Below are positions 45,895 to 54,607 of a stretch of DNA of 64,000 bases, piece by piece (the first letter of the stretch is position 1; each line of letters starts with the position of its first letter). The position numbers were made by a program, and so were the translations under genes. Source of the stretch: Candidatus Aenigmatarchaeota archaeon (lineage in GTDB: Archaea; Aenigmatarchaeota; Aenigmatarchaeia; QMZS01); NCBI GenBank assembly GCA_023134135.1, contig JAGLVB010000005.1, forward strand, positions 19,715-83,714, in the 5' to 3' direction. The notes below the pieces were generated by a model, which worked only from the letters and a program-made list of their open reading frames with translations, ran no database searches and had not been told where the DNA came from.

Positions 45895-46209
45895 TTAATT
45901 TGACAATTTGTAAGCGGCTCCAAAGCCTATAACCAATATCAGGATTGCAACAATTGAAGGCAGGTAATATTCAGAAAGAGTTATTTGTAAATTCATGCCT
46001 GAATTATAAAACAGATAAAGCAAAAGAGTGAATATCAAAACAATGCATCCAAAGATAGCCTGATTGTTCTGCACATTAATTACCAGAAAAACAAGTCCCC
46101 CGATTATAAGCAAAATTGACAAAGAAACTGGCTCCAACTCAGTGATTATTCCGAACAGGAATATCGCGCATAAAAGAGCCACCAACCCAACAACTTCTTC
46201 AGTCTTCAT
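45895..46209 (-). CDS. Small membrane protein
   Basis: 104 aa with three hydrophobic helices. Confidence 0.4.
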   Translation of the reverse strand: MKTEEVVGLVALLCAIFLFGIITELEPVSLSILLIIGGLVFLVINVQNNQAIFGCIVLIFTLLLYLFYNSGMNLQITLSEYYLPSIVAILILVIGFGAAYKLSN

Positions 46210-46231
46210 AAATATTTATTAATAATAGATT

Positions 46232-46438
46232 ATGTCAATTGAAAAAAAGATTCTTAATCTTATTGCAGAAAGGCAGGTAATTTCTACAGAAGAACTTGTA
46301 AATGAATTAAAAGGAACCGAAAAACACACTTTGATGGCTGTGGTTGGGGTGCTTAAGGAAAAAGGGTTTGTATGCTCCTCAAACCTGTTATCCCCAACAA
46401 CTCTGGTGATTACAAGCAAAGGACGAAATAGTGTATAA
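46232..46438 (+). CDS. Small winged-helix-like protein
   Basis: 68 aa. ILNLIAERQVISTEELVNELKGTEKHTLMAVVGVLKEKGFV is HTH-like. Preferred over the antisense ORF 46219..46419. Confidence 0.45.
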   Translation: MSIEKKILNLIAERQVISTEELVNELKGTEKHTLMAVVGVLKEKGFVCSSNLLSPTTLVITSKGRNSV

Positions 46439-46476
46439 CAAATACTTAAAATTAATCAATAATAATTATATATATT

Positions 46477-47892
46477 ATGGAGAAAGACGAACTTGCAAGA
46501 TTAAAGGAAAAATTTAAACTAAATTTTTTCCAGATTGAAAAACTGCTCGGGGCATATAATGAAAGGATAAATTCCATTGAAAAAAATAATTCCCTGATTA
46601 AAGCAACTGACAAAAAAGTAAATATTATAAAAAAGGATTCTGATGAAATCAATAAAAAAGTGGAAAATAAAATTGAGGATTTTGAATCAATAGCAAAAGA
46701 AAACAAAAAAGTGATTATTGACATTGAGATAGAGAGAGATCAATTGCGCATGGATCTCCTCGCCAAAACCAAAAACCTTGAAAATATTTTTAATGAAAAA
46801 GTTATCAATATGAATAGCAGTTCATTAGCAACAGAGAAAAAAATGGTTGAGTTTACCAAAACCCGTATGGCTGAATTCAATAAACAAATCAGCAGCACAA
46901 TAGCCAAAAAAGAATTAGAATTTAAGGAAATGGAAAACTTAATAAATAAAAAAATTAAAAGAGTTGAAGTCCTCGATTCAAAACTGCCAAAAATGGAAGA
47001 CCAGATAAATAAATTCAATAAAAATTATCAGGATTGGAGAATTTTCAGTATAAGTCTCGAAGAAGATAAAAAATTATATCTTGAATTGAGAAAAGTTGTT
47101 CTCGGGTCCATAGAAAAATTAAAGAATCTTGAAAATGTATTTAACCAAAACATTGAAGAATTTGAAGAAATCAACAACAGAATTGAAGGAAATGAAAAAA
47201 CATACAAAGAAATGTCTGAAAAAACAAAAAATGAAATGGTCAGACTAGATGAAAAAAGCAACAACCTTGAAAAAAGCGTTGAAGAATATAAAATCAAATT
47301 GAAAGACAGGCTGACAAAAAGATTTGAAGAACTTGATTCCAAATTTGAAAATGAAATAAAAATAAAAATTCAGGAACAAGATAATCTGCTTAGCGATTAT
47401 GGGAACAGATTCACAGAAATGGAACAAAAGTTTAATGAACTTGAAAATAATGCGATACCGAAAAAAATAGACGAAGAATTTAAGATCAAACTGAAAGACC
47501 GGCTGACAAAAGGATTTGAAGAACTTGATTCTAAATTTGAAAATGAAATAAAAGTAAAAATTCAGGAACAGGATAATCTGCTTAGCAATTATGGGGGTAA
47601 ATTCATAAAAATGGAACAAAAGTTTAATGAACTTGAAAACAAAGTTATACCAAAAAAAATAGATGAAGAATTTAATGAAATGCTGGTAATCTTAAGAGAT
47701 AAACTAAAAGACCTCGTAACCTTAAATGATTTTGAAAAAATCCGCGGTGAACTAAGGACTAAAATAGAACAAGTAAGAATGCCTGAAATAACCCCTATGG
47801 AATCAAAAATATCCGCAATAGAAAAGGATTTAGAAGAAGTTAAAAGATTATTGAGAGGTCTTTCGCAGAGACTGCCTGTGGTTTTGGAATAA
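46477..47892 (+). CDS. Long coiled-coil protein with internal 64-aa tandem repeat
   Basis: 471 aa with E/K/N-rich, heptad-like composition throughout. Duplicated segment at 47290-47673. Confidence 0.6.
   Translation: MEKDELARLKEKFKLNFFQIEKLLGAYNERINSIEKNNSLIKATDKKVNIIKKDSDEINKKVENKIEDFESIAKENKKVIIDIEIERDQLRMDLLAKTKNLENIFNEKVINMNSSSLATEKKMVEFTKTRMAEFNKQISSTIAKKELEFKEMENLINKKIKRVEVLDSKLPKMEDQINKFNKNYQDWRIFSISLEEDKKLYLELRKVVLGSIEKLKNLENVFNQNIEEFEEINNRIEGNEKTYKEMSEKTKNEMVRLDEKSNNLEKSVEEYKIKLKDRLTKRFEELDSKFENEIKIKIQEQDNLLSDYGNRFTEMEQKFNELENNAIPKKIDEEFKIKLKDRLTKGFEELDSKFENEIKVKIQEQDNLLSNYGGKFIKMEQKFNELENKVIPKKIDEEFNEMLVILRDKLKDLVTLNDFEKIRGELRTKIEQVRMPEITPMESKISAIEKDLEEVKRLLRGLSQRLPVVLE
47290..47673 (+). 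repeat. Two in-frame tandem 192-nt repeats (about 90 percent identical)
   Basis: Aligning 47290-47481 with 47482-47673 by hand gives 20 differences in 192 nt. Confidence 0.9.
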
Positions 47893-47934
47893 AATTTCTC
47901 TGAGTTATTTAAAATTTAATTATTATTTAATAAT

Positions 47935-48627
47935 ATGGAGACTATTGAATACAAACCCGGAACTGAAGGATTTTCTGAGTATATAAAAGCCATCCTCCCA
48001 ACGGAAGATTGTAGAAGTCAATGTAAAACCGCAGATGGAATATCTGAGTATTATCAAACCCTGAGAGCTGAAGAATTAATTCCTCAACACCACAATCCAG
48101 ATACAAAAAAACTTGAGAGAATTGTAGAACAATTAAGAGAAAATAATGGGCTAATAAATCAATACGCCACTGAAATAATTAATGATGCCGCAATTTATGA
48201 TAACGGAGAAATGGAAGACCATATAAACTCCTTAGGAATGAAATGTTTTTTCTTCAAAGAACTTTATAGAAATAATAAGTTTTGGTTAAACGAAGCAGAA
48301 AACCAACTTGAAGCAACACCTTCTTTGGAACTTATGGAAAAACTTGAAGATGAAGGTTTAAGCGGGTATATTTTAGATATATATGAACCTACTAAATTTA
48401 AACATATCCCCGAAGCTAAAATAAATCCAAGAGATTTGAGTAAACTCAGAGAATATGGATTAATTACTGATACAGTCAACTGCAGTTCAAGAGAAGAAGG
48501 TAGTGCTATTAGCGGATATTCAAAATTTTTTATTGAAGATGAAAAAGGCGAACCTTATGTAAAATTAACCTCTAAAGGCGACCGTGTAGGTTTAGCTTTA
48601 GAATGGAAAAGAGAAAATAAAGAATGA
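47935..48627 (+). CDS. Hypothetical protein
   Basis: 230-aa ORF. No motif recognised. Confidence 0.4.
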   Translation: METIEYKPGTEGFSEYIKAILPTEDCRSQCKTADGISEYYQTLRAEELIPQHHNPDTKKLERIVEQLRENNGLINQYATEIINDAAIYDNGEMEDHINSLGMKCFFFKELYRNNKFWLNEAENQLEATPSLELMEKLEDEGLSGYILDIYEPTKFKHIPEAKINPRDLSKLREYGLITDTVNCSSREEGSAISGYSKFFIEDEKGEPYVKLTSKGDRVGLALEWKRENKE

Positions 48628-48734
48628 TTTTCTTTTGATGTAAATATCCCCTTTCTCGCAAAGTTTTGTAATATATATAAAGTTTTTTCTTTTGGGGTAA
48701 AGACCTTTTCTTTTTTTTAAAAGAAAAGGGTTTT

Positions 48735-48914
48735 ATGGGAGGAAAGAAAGTAACCGGGGCAACTTTTGAGAGATTGTTCAAAAACGTGTTTGTTTGCCTT
48801 AAATGCAAGCACAAGCTGAGATCAAACCCTCAGAAAATAAAATCCGGGGATATAAAATGCAGAAACTGCGGATATTCAAAATTTAGACCAAAATCCAAGG
48901 AAGGCAGAAGATGA
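48735..48914 (+). CDS. rpl40e: 50S ribosomal protein L40e (eL40)
   Basis: 59-aa ORF below the track cutoff: MGGKKVTGATFERLFKNVFVCLKCKHKLRSNPQKIKSGDIKCRNCGYSKFRPKSKEGRR. It has a C-x2-C...C-x2-C zinc ribbon and sits upstream of rpl29. Confidence 0.7.
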   Translation: MGGKKVTGATFERLFKNVFVCLKCKHKLRSNPQKIKSGDIKCRNCGYSKFRPKSKEGRR

Positions 48915-48942
48915 TATATTTAAAAACAAATATAATTAAATT

Positions 48943-49137
48943 ATGGCTATATTAAGACAACATGAGATTCTGAAAATGCAGACAGAAGAAAAACTGAAAA
49001 AAATAAAAGAATTTAAACTGGAACTTGCAAAAGAGAGAAGCAGTGTTGCTATTGGCGGTACAGTTAAAAACCCGGGGAGATTAAAAGAAATCCGGAGAAC
49101 TGTTGCCAGAATAAAAACTTCATTAAATAATGAGTGA
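48943..49137 (+). CDS. rpl29: 50S ribosomal protein L29 (uL29)
   Basis: 64 aa. LRQHEILKMQTEEKLKKIKEFKLELAKER...IRRTVARIKT. Confidence 0.8.
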   Translation: MAILRQHEILKMQTEEKLKKIKEFKLELAKERSSVAIGGTVKNPGRLKEIRRTVARIKTSLNNE

Positions 49138-49438
49138 TATTTGTCCCATTTGCGGTTTACCTAAAGATATTTGTGTTTGTGAAACAGCTGTAATAGAAGA
49201 GCAAAAAATTGTGATTTACACCGCAGAAGGTCGGTTTAGGAAGAAAATAAGCATAATCTCTGGAATTGACCCTAAAAACGTTGAAATTAAGCAATTACTG
49301 AAAAAATTCAAGCAGACTCTTGCCTGCGGGGGAACAATCAAAAAGAAGGAACTCTGGCTTCAGGGAGAACACAAAGAGAAATTAAAAGAATTGCTTATAA
49401 AAGAAGGATTTAAAAAAGAACAGATTGAGATAAAATAA
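49130..49438 (+). CDS. sui1: Translation initiation factor SUI1/aIF1
   Basis: N-terminal CPICGLPKDICVCE zinc knuckle and the SUI1 core KKFKQTLACGGTIK. Confidence 0.85.
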   Translation: MSDICPICGLPKDICVCETAVIEEQKIVIYTAEGRFRKKISIISGIDPKNVEIKQLLKKFKQTLACGGTIKKKELWLQGEHKEKLKELLIKEGFKKEQIEIK

Positions 49439-49457
49439 TTTAAAACATCATATATAA

Positions 49458-49727
49458 GTGATTGATATAAATATTAATATAGCTTACACCTTGTTTGGTA
49501 GAATAAAAGGAATTCCAGACATAGAAATTGCATTAAATTATAAAGAGGTGTATAATAAAAAATTAACCGGTAAACTAAACGAATTCCTTGGATTTTATGA
49601 TAAGTTGAACAGAAAACCAAAAAGGCGTGAAATGATGACGGGACTATATACTTTCAATATAGATTATGAAACAGGATGCTCAGAAGGTAAAGAATACCTT
49701 CAAAATCTAAAAAACAAACACAAGTAA
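49458..49727 (+). CDS. Hypothetical protein (GTG start, weak)
   Basis: 89-aa ORF beginning with GTG. No motif recognised. Confidence 0.3.
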   Translation: MIDININIAYTLFGRIKGIPDIEIALNYKEVYNKKLTGKLNEFLGFYDKLNRKPKRREMMTGLYTFNIDYETGCSEGKEYLQNLKNKHK

Positions 49728-49749
49728 CTTATTCTGTTATTTTTGAATT

Positions 49750-51036
49750 ATGGAACTAAAAAAACCTGAAAGAGCGCAGACAATAAAATATTACTCAGAT
49801 GAAAAACTGCAGGAAATTATGTGTAAATTTGGGATGAACCGGGAAGTTGTTGCCCGTAATGTTGATGGGATGTATTTCAAAAGACCCACAACAATATTCT
49901 ACCCAAATGATATTGCAAGATTAACTGAACGAGGAGCAGTCTCCTTTCACGGCTCTGTGGAACGATGGAGGAATCCTTTGCTGATAGACGAAAGAAACTA
50001 CGACGAATTAAGAACAGGCTTTGATTGGGTAATTGATATTGATTCAGGCCTGGGTATGGAAGAAGCAAACATCGCAGCTTGTCTTATAAGAAATTTTATT
50101 GAAAAATACAACTTAAAATATATCCTGAAATTTTCCGGGAGAAGGGGATTTCATTTCTGCGTATTCTGGGAGAATTTTCCGGCGGAAGAAATCCTTGATG
50201 ACAAAGAAATCAGATTATTATACCCAGTACTTCCAAAAACCCTGTCAAATTATCTCAGGGAACAAATTAAAGAAGAACTCTGGGATAAACTTGTGGAACA
50301 CGCCGGGTCAATAAAAGAACTGACAAAAGGCGAAGCCATAGAAGATAAAAATCCTTTCAAATATGTGGAAGTTGAAAAAGATTGGAGTTCAAGACATCTA
50401 TTCAGGATGCCTTATTCTCTCCACGAAAAAACAGGTCTTGCATCTATCTTAATTGAACCTAGCAAACTGGAAAAATTCAAAGTTGAAGACGCAAAAATGG
50501 AAAATGCGGTTTTCAAAGAGATTAATACTGAAGGAACTGATGCAAAAAGATTAATAGTTGATGCCTATGACTGGTTTGAAAGAAGGAGAGAAAAACCAAA
50601 AGAAACTCAGGCACCCACTCTAATGGAATCCTACAAAGATAGGGTTGAAGAAGGGAACTTTCCCCCCTGCATTCAGAAAATTCTTGAAGGAATTCCTGAC
50701 GGAAGAAAAAGAAGCGTGTTCACACTCACAACTTTCTTAAGGAGTTGCAACTGGCCAATGCTTGAAGTTGAAAAAACCGTTATGGATTGGGGAAAGAAAG
50801 TCGGGTTAAAAGAAAATTATGTTAGAGCCCAGTTAATCTGGCACAAAAAACAAAACAAAAGAATCCTTCCCCCAAACTGCAGCAATGGATCTTTCTACAG
50901 GGATGTTGGAATATGCCAACAGGTTCCTCTCTGCGAAAAGATAAAAAATCCAATTAATTTCGCAATTATTAAACAAAGCGGGGGGAAGAAAAAAAGGAAG
51001 AGGAGAAAAAAGATTTTACCCAAAACATCTTCATAA
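49750..51036 (+). CDS. priS: DNA primase, fused PriS catalytic domain and PriL-type Fe-S C-terminal domain
   Basis: AEP motifs WVIDIDS, FSGRRGFHF and HLFRMPYSLHEKTG. The C-terminal FPPCIQKIL...RSC...PPNC...GICQQVPLCEKIKNPINF resembles the PriL-CTD cysteine pattern. Confidence 0.8.
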   Translation: MELKKPERAQTIKYYSDEKLQEIMCKFGMNREVVARNVDGMYFKRPTTIFYPNDIARLTERGAVSFHGSVERWRNPLLIDERNYDELRTGFDWVIDIDSGLGMEEANIAACLIRNFIEKYNLKYILKFSGRRGFHFCVFWENFPAEEILDDKEIRLLYPVLPKTLSNYLREQIKEELWDKLVEHAGSIKELTKGEAIEDKNPFKYVEVEKDWSSRHLFRMPYSLHEKTGLASILIEPSKLEKFKVEDAKMENAVFKEINTEGTDAKRLIVDAYDWFERRREKPKETQAPTLMESYKDRVEEGNFPPCIQKILEGIPDGRKRSVFTLTTFLRSCNWPMLEVEKTVMDWGKKVGLKENYVRAQLIWHKKQNKRILPPNCSNGSFYRDVGICQQVPLCEKIKNPINFAIIKQSGGKKKRKRRKKILPKTSS

Positions 51037-51093
51037 AATAATCTTTCAAATTTAACTCCGCAATTTTATTTAATTCATTCCAATCATTGTAAT

Positions 51094-52389
51094 TTATCCA
51101 TCAATCTCTTTCCCGAACAACTCAATAAATTCTTCCTCTTTTCCTTTCTCGATTTTACCGCCTGCGGCTTCTTTGTGACCTCCGCCACCGCCACCAAGTT
51201 TCCCGCAGATTCTAGAAACTATTTCGTCCAAATCAATCCCGGGCATCTTTGACCTCGTGGACAACTTTATTCCATCTTCCGCATGGGCAAGCCCAACAAC
51301 AATCTTCTTATCAATAGTCCCATTTATCAAAATCGATGCTATGGTCCCAATCATATTTTCATCCACTTTATCTTTTGCATTCAGGAACAAAATATTTTCG
51401 GTCTTGGGGAATTTCTTCATATTCCTTTCAGCCCACGCCAGATAACCGGAAAGTTTTCTCCCGTATTCCCGCCTTACTTCAGTGAGTATTTCCATATTTC
51501 CGTCCAGCATCTCAAAGACTTCTTCATATTTTTCAAGTCTCCCAAATGAATTGAATATTGTTGAGAACTCAAGAGCATCCATAAACTCTCTTGGTTGGTT
51601 TGTAAGAATGTAAATGCTTGAAAAAATATTTGCGGGCTCCTCAATATTATTGCTTATCCTTTCTTTGATTATCTCGAGGGATAACTTCTTTTTCTCTTCT
51701 TCTGAAAGATCATAATAACTTTTAATTTTGCCATTGTGATGCAACTCTATATCCAACTCTGATAGAAACTGAACAACTTCAGAATGACCATTCAATGGGA
51801 AAAAATTCGCCCTGGACAAAGTCTCGTGTATTGGTCTGTTCACATGCCCGAATATATTCAGACCCGGCTCGGTTTTTAATCTCCCAATTTTTTCAGCCAA
51901 CACCTTTACTTTTTTATTCTCATCAATATCAATCTGGTGGTCTCCGATAGAACCCACCACCGCGTAATCTATAAGTTCATCATATTTCCCGAGTTCAGAA
52001 ACAAATAAATAACAAACTCCGGCCCCGCATAATTCCTTACCTTCAAGACAGGGATTTACCTGAATTATATTTTCAGGAATCTTAACTTTCTCAGGAACAT
52101 GGTGGTCGAGAATAACAATCTCTTTATCTTTTGGAAGCAGACTTAAATATCCGGAACCCAAATCAGAAAATATTATCAACTCAAAATTGCCATCATCAAA
52201 TTCTTTTTCAATCTCTTCAATTATCTCCGAAGAAATTTCCTTTACAATTTTTATTTTTATATCCTTGTTCTCTTTCTTCAGGGCGTCAGATAAAATCTTC
52301 GCTGAACAAAGACCATCGCAATCATAATGGGAAACAAGCAATATTTTATTTGCATTTTTTACCTTGAGAACAGCTCTGCTAAAGTCCAT
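51094..52389 (-). CDS. RecJ/GAN-like DHH-family phosphoesterase
   Basis: HYDCDGLCS, ILDHH, and the DHHA1 motif GGGGGGHKEAAGG. Start at MDFSRAV; the track gives 52428. Confidence 0.8.
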   Translation of the reverse strand: MDFSRAVLKVKNANKILLVSHYDCDGLCSAKILSDALKKENKDIKIKIVKEISSEIIEEIEKEFDDGNFELIIFSDLGSGYLSLLPKDKEIVILDHHVPEKVKIPENIIQVNPCLEGKELCGAGVCYLFVSELGKYDELIDYAVVGSIGDHQIDIDENKKVKVLAEKIGRLKTEPGLNIFGHVNRPIHETLSRANFFPLNGHSEVVQFLSELDIELHHNGKIKSYYDLSEEEKKKLSLEIIKERISNNIEEPANIFSSIYILTNQPREFMDALEFSTIFNSFGRLEKYEEVFEMLDGNMEILTEVRREYGRKLSGYLAWAERNMKKFPKTENILFLNAKDKVDENMIGTIASILINGTIDKKIVVGLAHAEDGIKLSTRSKMPGIDLDEIVSRICGKLGGGGGGHKEAAGGKIEKGKEEEFIELFGKEIDG

Positions 52390-52415
52390 TTTAATACTTA
52401 AATAATTTATATAAT

Positions 52416-52700
52416 ATGGGAGACCCAATTTTTTACAATGGTAAAAAAGTAGCCGATTACAATACTCGTCATATTAAAAGTGGTCTTAAATCCGGTTATC
52501 AGACTATTTACATATTTGAAGGTTTAAAATCTTTAAAAAAAATTCTGAACGCGCCAGATATAGATTATGTCCAATATGGTGGTTGGGAACCTGAAAGTGA
52601 AATAGGTAAAGAATCTATACCTGTTTTCATGGAGAAATTGGGAAATAGTTTAGCAGTCTATTTTTCACTTGAAGCCCAGCTGGCAAACGAAAACAGATAA
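52416..52700 (+). CDS. Hypothetical protein
   Basis: 94-aa ORF. No motif recognised. Confidence 0.35.
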   Translation: MGDPIFYNGKKVADYNTRHIKSGLKSGYQTIYIFEGLKSLKKILNAPDIDYVQYGGWEPESEIGKESIPVFMEKLGNSLAVYFSLEAQLANENR

Positions 52701-52725
52701 TCCTTATAATTAATCACTTATAATT

Positions 52726-53172
52726 ATGGAAGTCCTGATGATTGTATTAATTACTATTACTGTTACCTTACTGCAAACATTAATCCAGAAAAAATTAATG
52801 GATGTTGATTTGGTCAAAGCCCTGAAAACGGAAATGAAAAAAACAAATCAGGCTATGAAGACTGTGAGTAAAGAAATGAAAAACACTAAGGAGGGCGAAG
52901 CGCCAAATACTAAAAAACTAAATGAATTAATGTCGAAAAGCGTTGGAATCCAGAAGAAAATGATGGGGCAGACAATGAAACCTATGATGATATCCAGCCT
53001 TGTTGTTTTTGTTGCTTTTTATATAATACCAATGTTCTTTAGCGGAGCTGTTTTGAACCTTCCTTTTTCCATTCCTTTTATTGGAAATCAACTTGGATGG
53101 TTGGGAATATTTATACTTACTTCCATCATTTCAGGTCTTATTTTCAGGAAAGTTTTTGATGTTGGGATGTAA
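52726..53172 (+). CDS. DUF106 family membrane protein (archaeal YidC/Oxa1/EMC3-like)
   Basis: TM1 followed by LQTLIQKKLMD, a lysine-rich coiled segment, then QTMKPMMISSLVVF and further TMs. The pattern matches the MJ0480-type family, from memory. Confidence 0.6.
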   Translation: MEVLMIVLITITVTLLQTLIQKKLMDVDLVKALKTEMKKTNQAMKTVSKEMKNTKEGEAPNTKKLNELMSKSVGIQKKMMGQTMKPMMISSLVVFVAFYIIPMFFSGAVLNLPFSIPFIGNQLGWLGIFILTSIISGLIFRKVFDVGM

Positions 53173-53273
53173 TTTGATTTAGTTGTCCTGAAAATGGAAG
53201 AATTTATCATGCTATTGGTTAAAATAAAATTGTTCCTTTCAGACCAGCTACAAACAAAATTTAGATAAATCCC

Positions 53274-53499
53274 AGTTCACGCAAAAATGAACGTGAACTC
53301 AAAGTTCATCTGGAAATGAAGTTCATATTTACTGCATTTGGAGGGACACCTTTGTTTCACGTGGAACCCTCAACTTCACGTCTCGTACATGCGAATAATC
53401 CCCATATATTACTATAAACACCCAAATACTGAAGTTCACACCTCATCTCAAACAGGTTCACAAATCAAAAAAAAACTTCCTGTGAAGTTCATGTGAACT
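53274..53499. promoter_or_regulatory. Array of AGTTCAC(G/A)-type motifs in direct and inverted orientation
   Basis: Nine exact GTTCA/TGAAC pentamers start at 53275, 53288, 53294, 53304, 53321, 53434, 53456, 53487 and 53494. Variants are the dyad GTTTCACGTGGAAC (53354-53367) and ACTTCACG (53373-53380). All lie in a 368-bp intergenic gap. Confidence 0.6.
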
Positions 53500-53540
53500 T
53501 AATTCCCTTAAATAGCGTAATTTATTAGACAATTATTAAT

Positions 53541-54242
53541 ATGGAACACAAATTTTATGACTTAAATGCGTCTGTAAATATTGAGAACTTATTGGAGAGA
53601 GCAGAAACTCTTGGATTAACCGGCATCTGTCTGGTGATGAATTCCAATGAAAATCTGGAAGAATATTTAACAAAAATTCAGGAGCTTAAGAAAAAAACAG
53701 ACCTTGATTTGATTACTGGAGTTCTCATTCAAGAAGATCAAAACAACATCCTGAAAAAAGCAAAAGAATTGAGAAGAAAAGTTGAAGTAATACTCGTCTC
53801 AGGAGGGAATTATGAAATAAACCGGCTGGCATGTTCTTCGGATTATATTGATATTTTATGCCACCCTGAAAAAGGCAGGCACGATTCCGGGTTGGACCAT
53901 ATCTGCGGCAGGGAAGCAAAAATCCACAACACAATCATAGAATTAAATTTTAGGGAACTATTGTTATCAAAAGGGATGGAACGGATAAGAGAATTAAACA
54001 AAATGAAAGAGATTCTCAGATTATGCCTCAGACTAAAAACAAAATTTATTGTGAACTCCGGGGCAGTTGAATTATTTGAATTGAGAAGTGGAAAAGAACT
54101 GTCAAGTTTATCTTTCTGCCTTGGAGCAGAAATGTATGATGCCTTAATTGCAAACTCAGAACTCGCTGAGAAATTAATTTTTAAGAACAGGGAAAAACTA
54201 AAACAACCGCTGGACTCTGTTTATGTTGAACATGGAAAATAG
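53541..54242 (+). CDS. rnp3: RNase P protein component 3 (Rpp30)
   Basis: PHP/TIM-barrel-like pattern (FYDLN start, GLTGICLV, DILCHPE). Followed by the Pop5 gene, as in many archaea. Confidence 0.7.
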   Translation: MEHKFYDLNASVNIENLLERAETLGLTGICLVMNSNENLEEYLTKIQELKKKTDLDLITGVLIQEDQNNILKKAKELRRKVEVILVSGGNYEINRLACSSDYIDILCHPEKGRHDSGLDHICGREAKIHNTIIELNFRELLLSKGMERIRELNKMKEILRLCLRLKTKFIVNSGAVELFELRSGKELSSLSFCLGAEMYDALIANSELAEKLIFKNREKLKQPLDSVYVEHGK

Positions 54243-54591
54243 AACCAGGACACTGCCCTCTTCCTGCAGAGAGAAAAAAAGATACCTCATATTCAGAGTT
54301 ATCTCTGACCGGAAAATAGAATTTGAAGAATTGATTAAAGCTATTTTTAGCAACACAATTAATTTATTCGGGAGCTTAAGATTCGGACAAACAAATTTCA
54401 GATTCCTTCAGGAATTATATGACTCCAAACAACAGATATTTGTATTGAAGTGTCTTCCAAAAGATGTTGAACTTGTGAGACTTTCCCTTGCATTGATACA
54501 TGAAATCTATGGGAAAAAAGTCTGCATTATGTCGCTTGGAGTTACGGGAACAATTAAATCAGCGAGGAATAAATATTTGGATAGTATTTAA
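54232..54591 (+). CDS. rnp2: RNase P protein component 2 (Pop5)
   Basis: REKKRYLIFRVISD start and the C-terminal VTGTIKSARNKYL pattern typical of Pop5. Confidence 0.7.
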   Translation: MENRTRTLPSSCREKKRYLIFRVISDRKIEFEELIKAIFSNTINLFGSLRFGQTNFRFLQELYDSKQQIFVLKCLPKDVELVRLSLALIHEIYGKKVCIMSLGVTGTIKSARNKYLDSI

Positions 54592-54607
54592 TTAAAAACA
54601 TAAAATT

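Noticed and set aside
53173-53540. RNase P RNA, SRP RNA, C/D-box sRNA or a small peptide gene in the GTTCAC-rich gap
   Set aside because: I found none of the expected signatures:
- no GGAAAGUCC-type CR-I element of RNase P RNA;
- no SRP helix-8-like motif;
- no RUGAUGA/CUGA box pair.

The longest ORF (33 codons, starting at 53317) seems to be a by-product of the ATGAAGTTCAT motif. An unknown ncRNA cannot be excluded.
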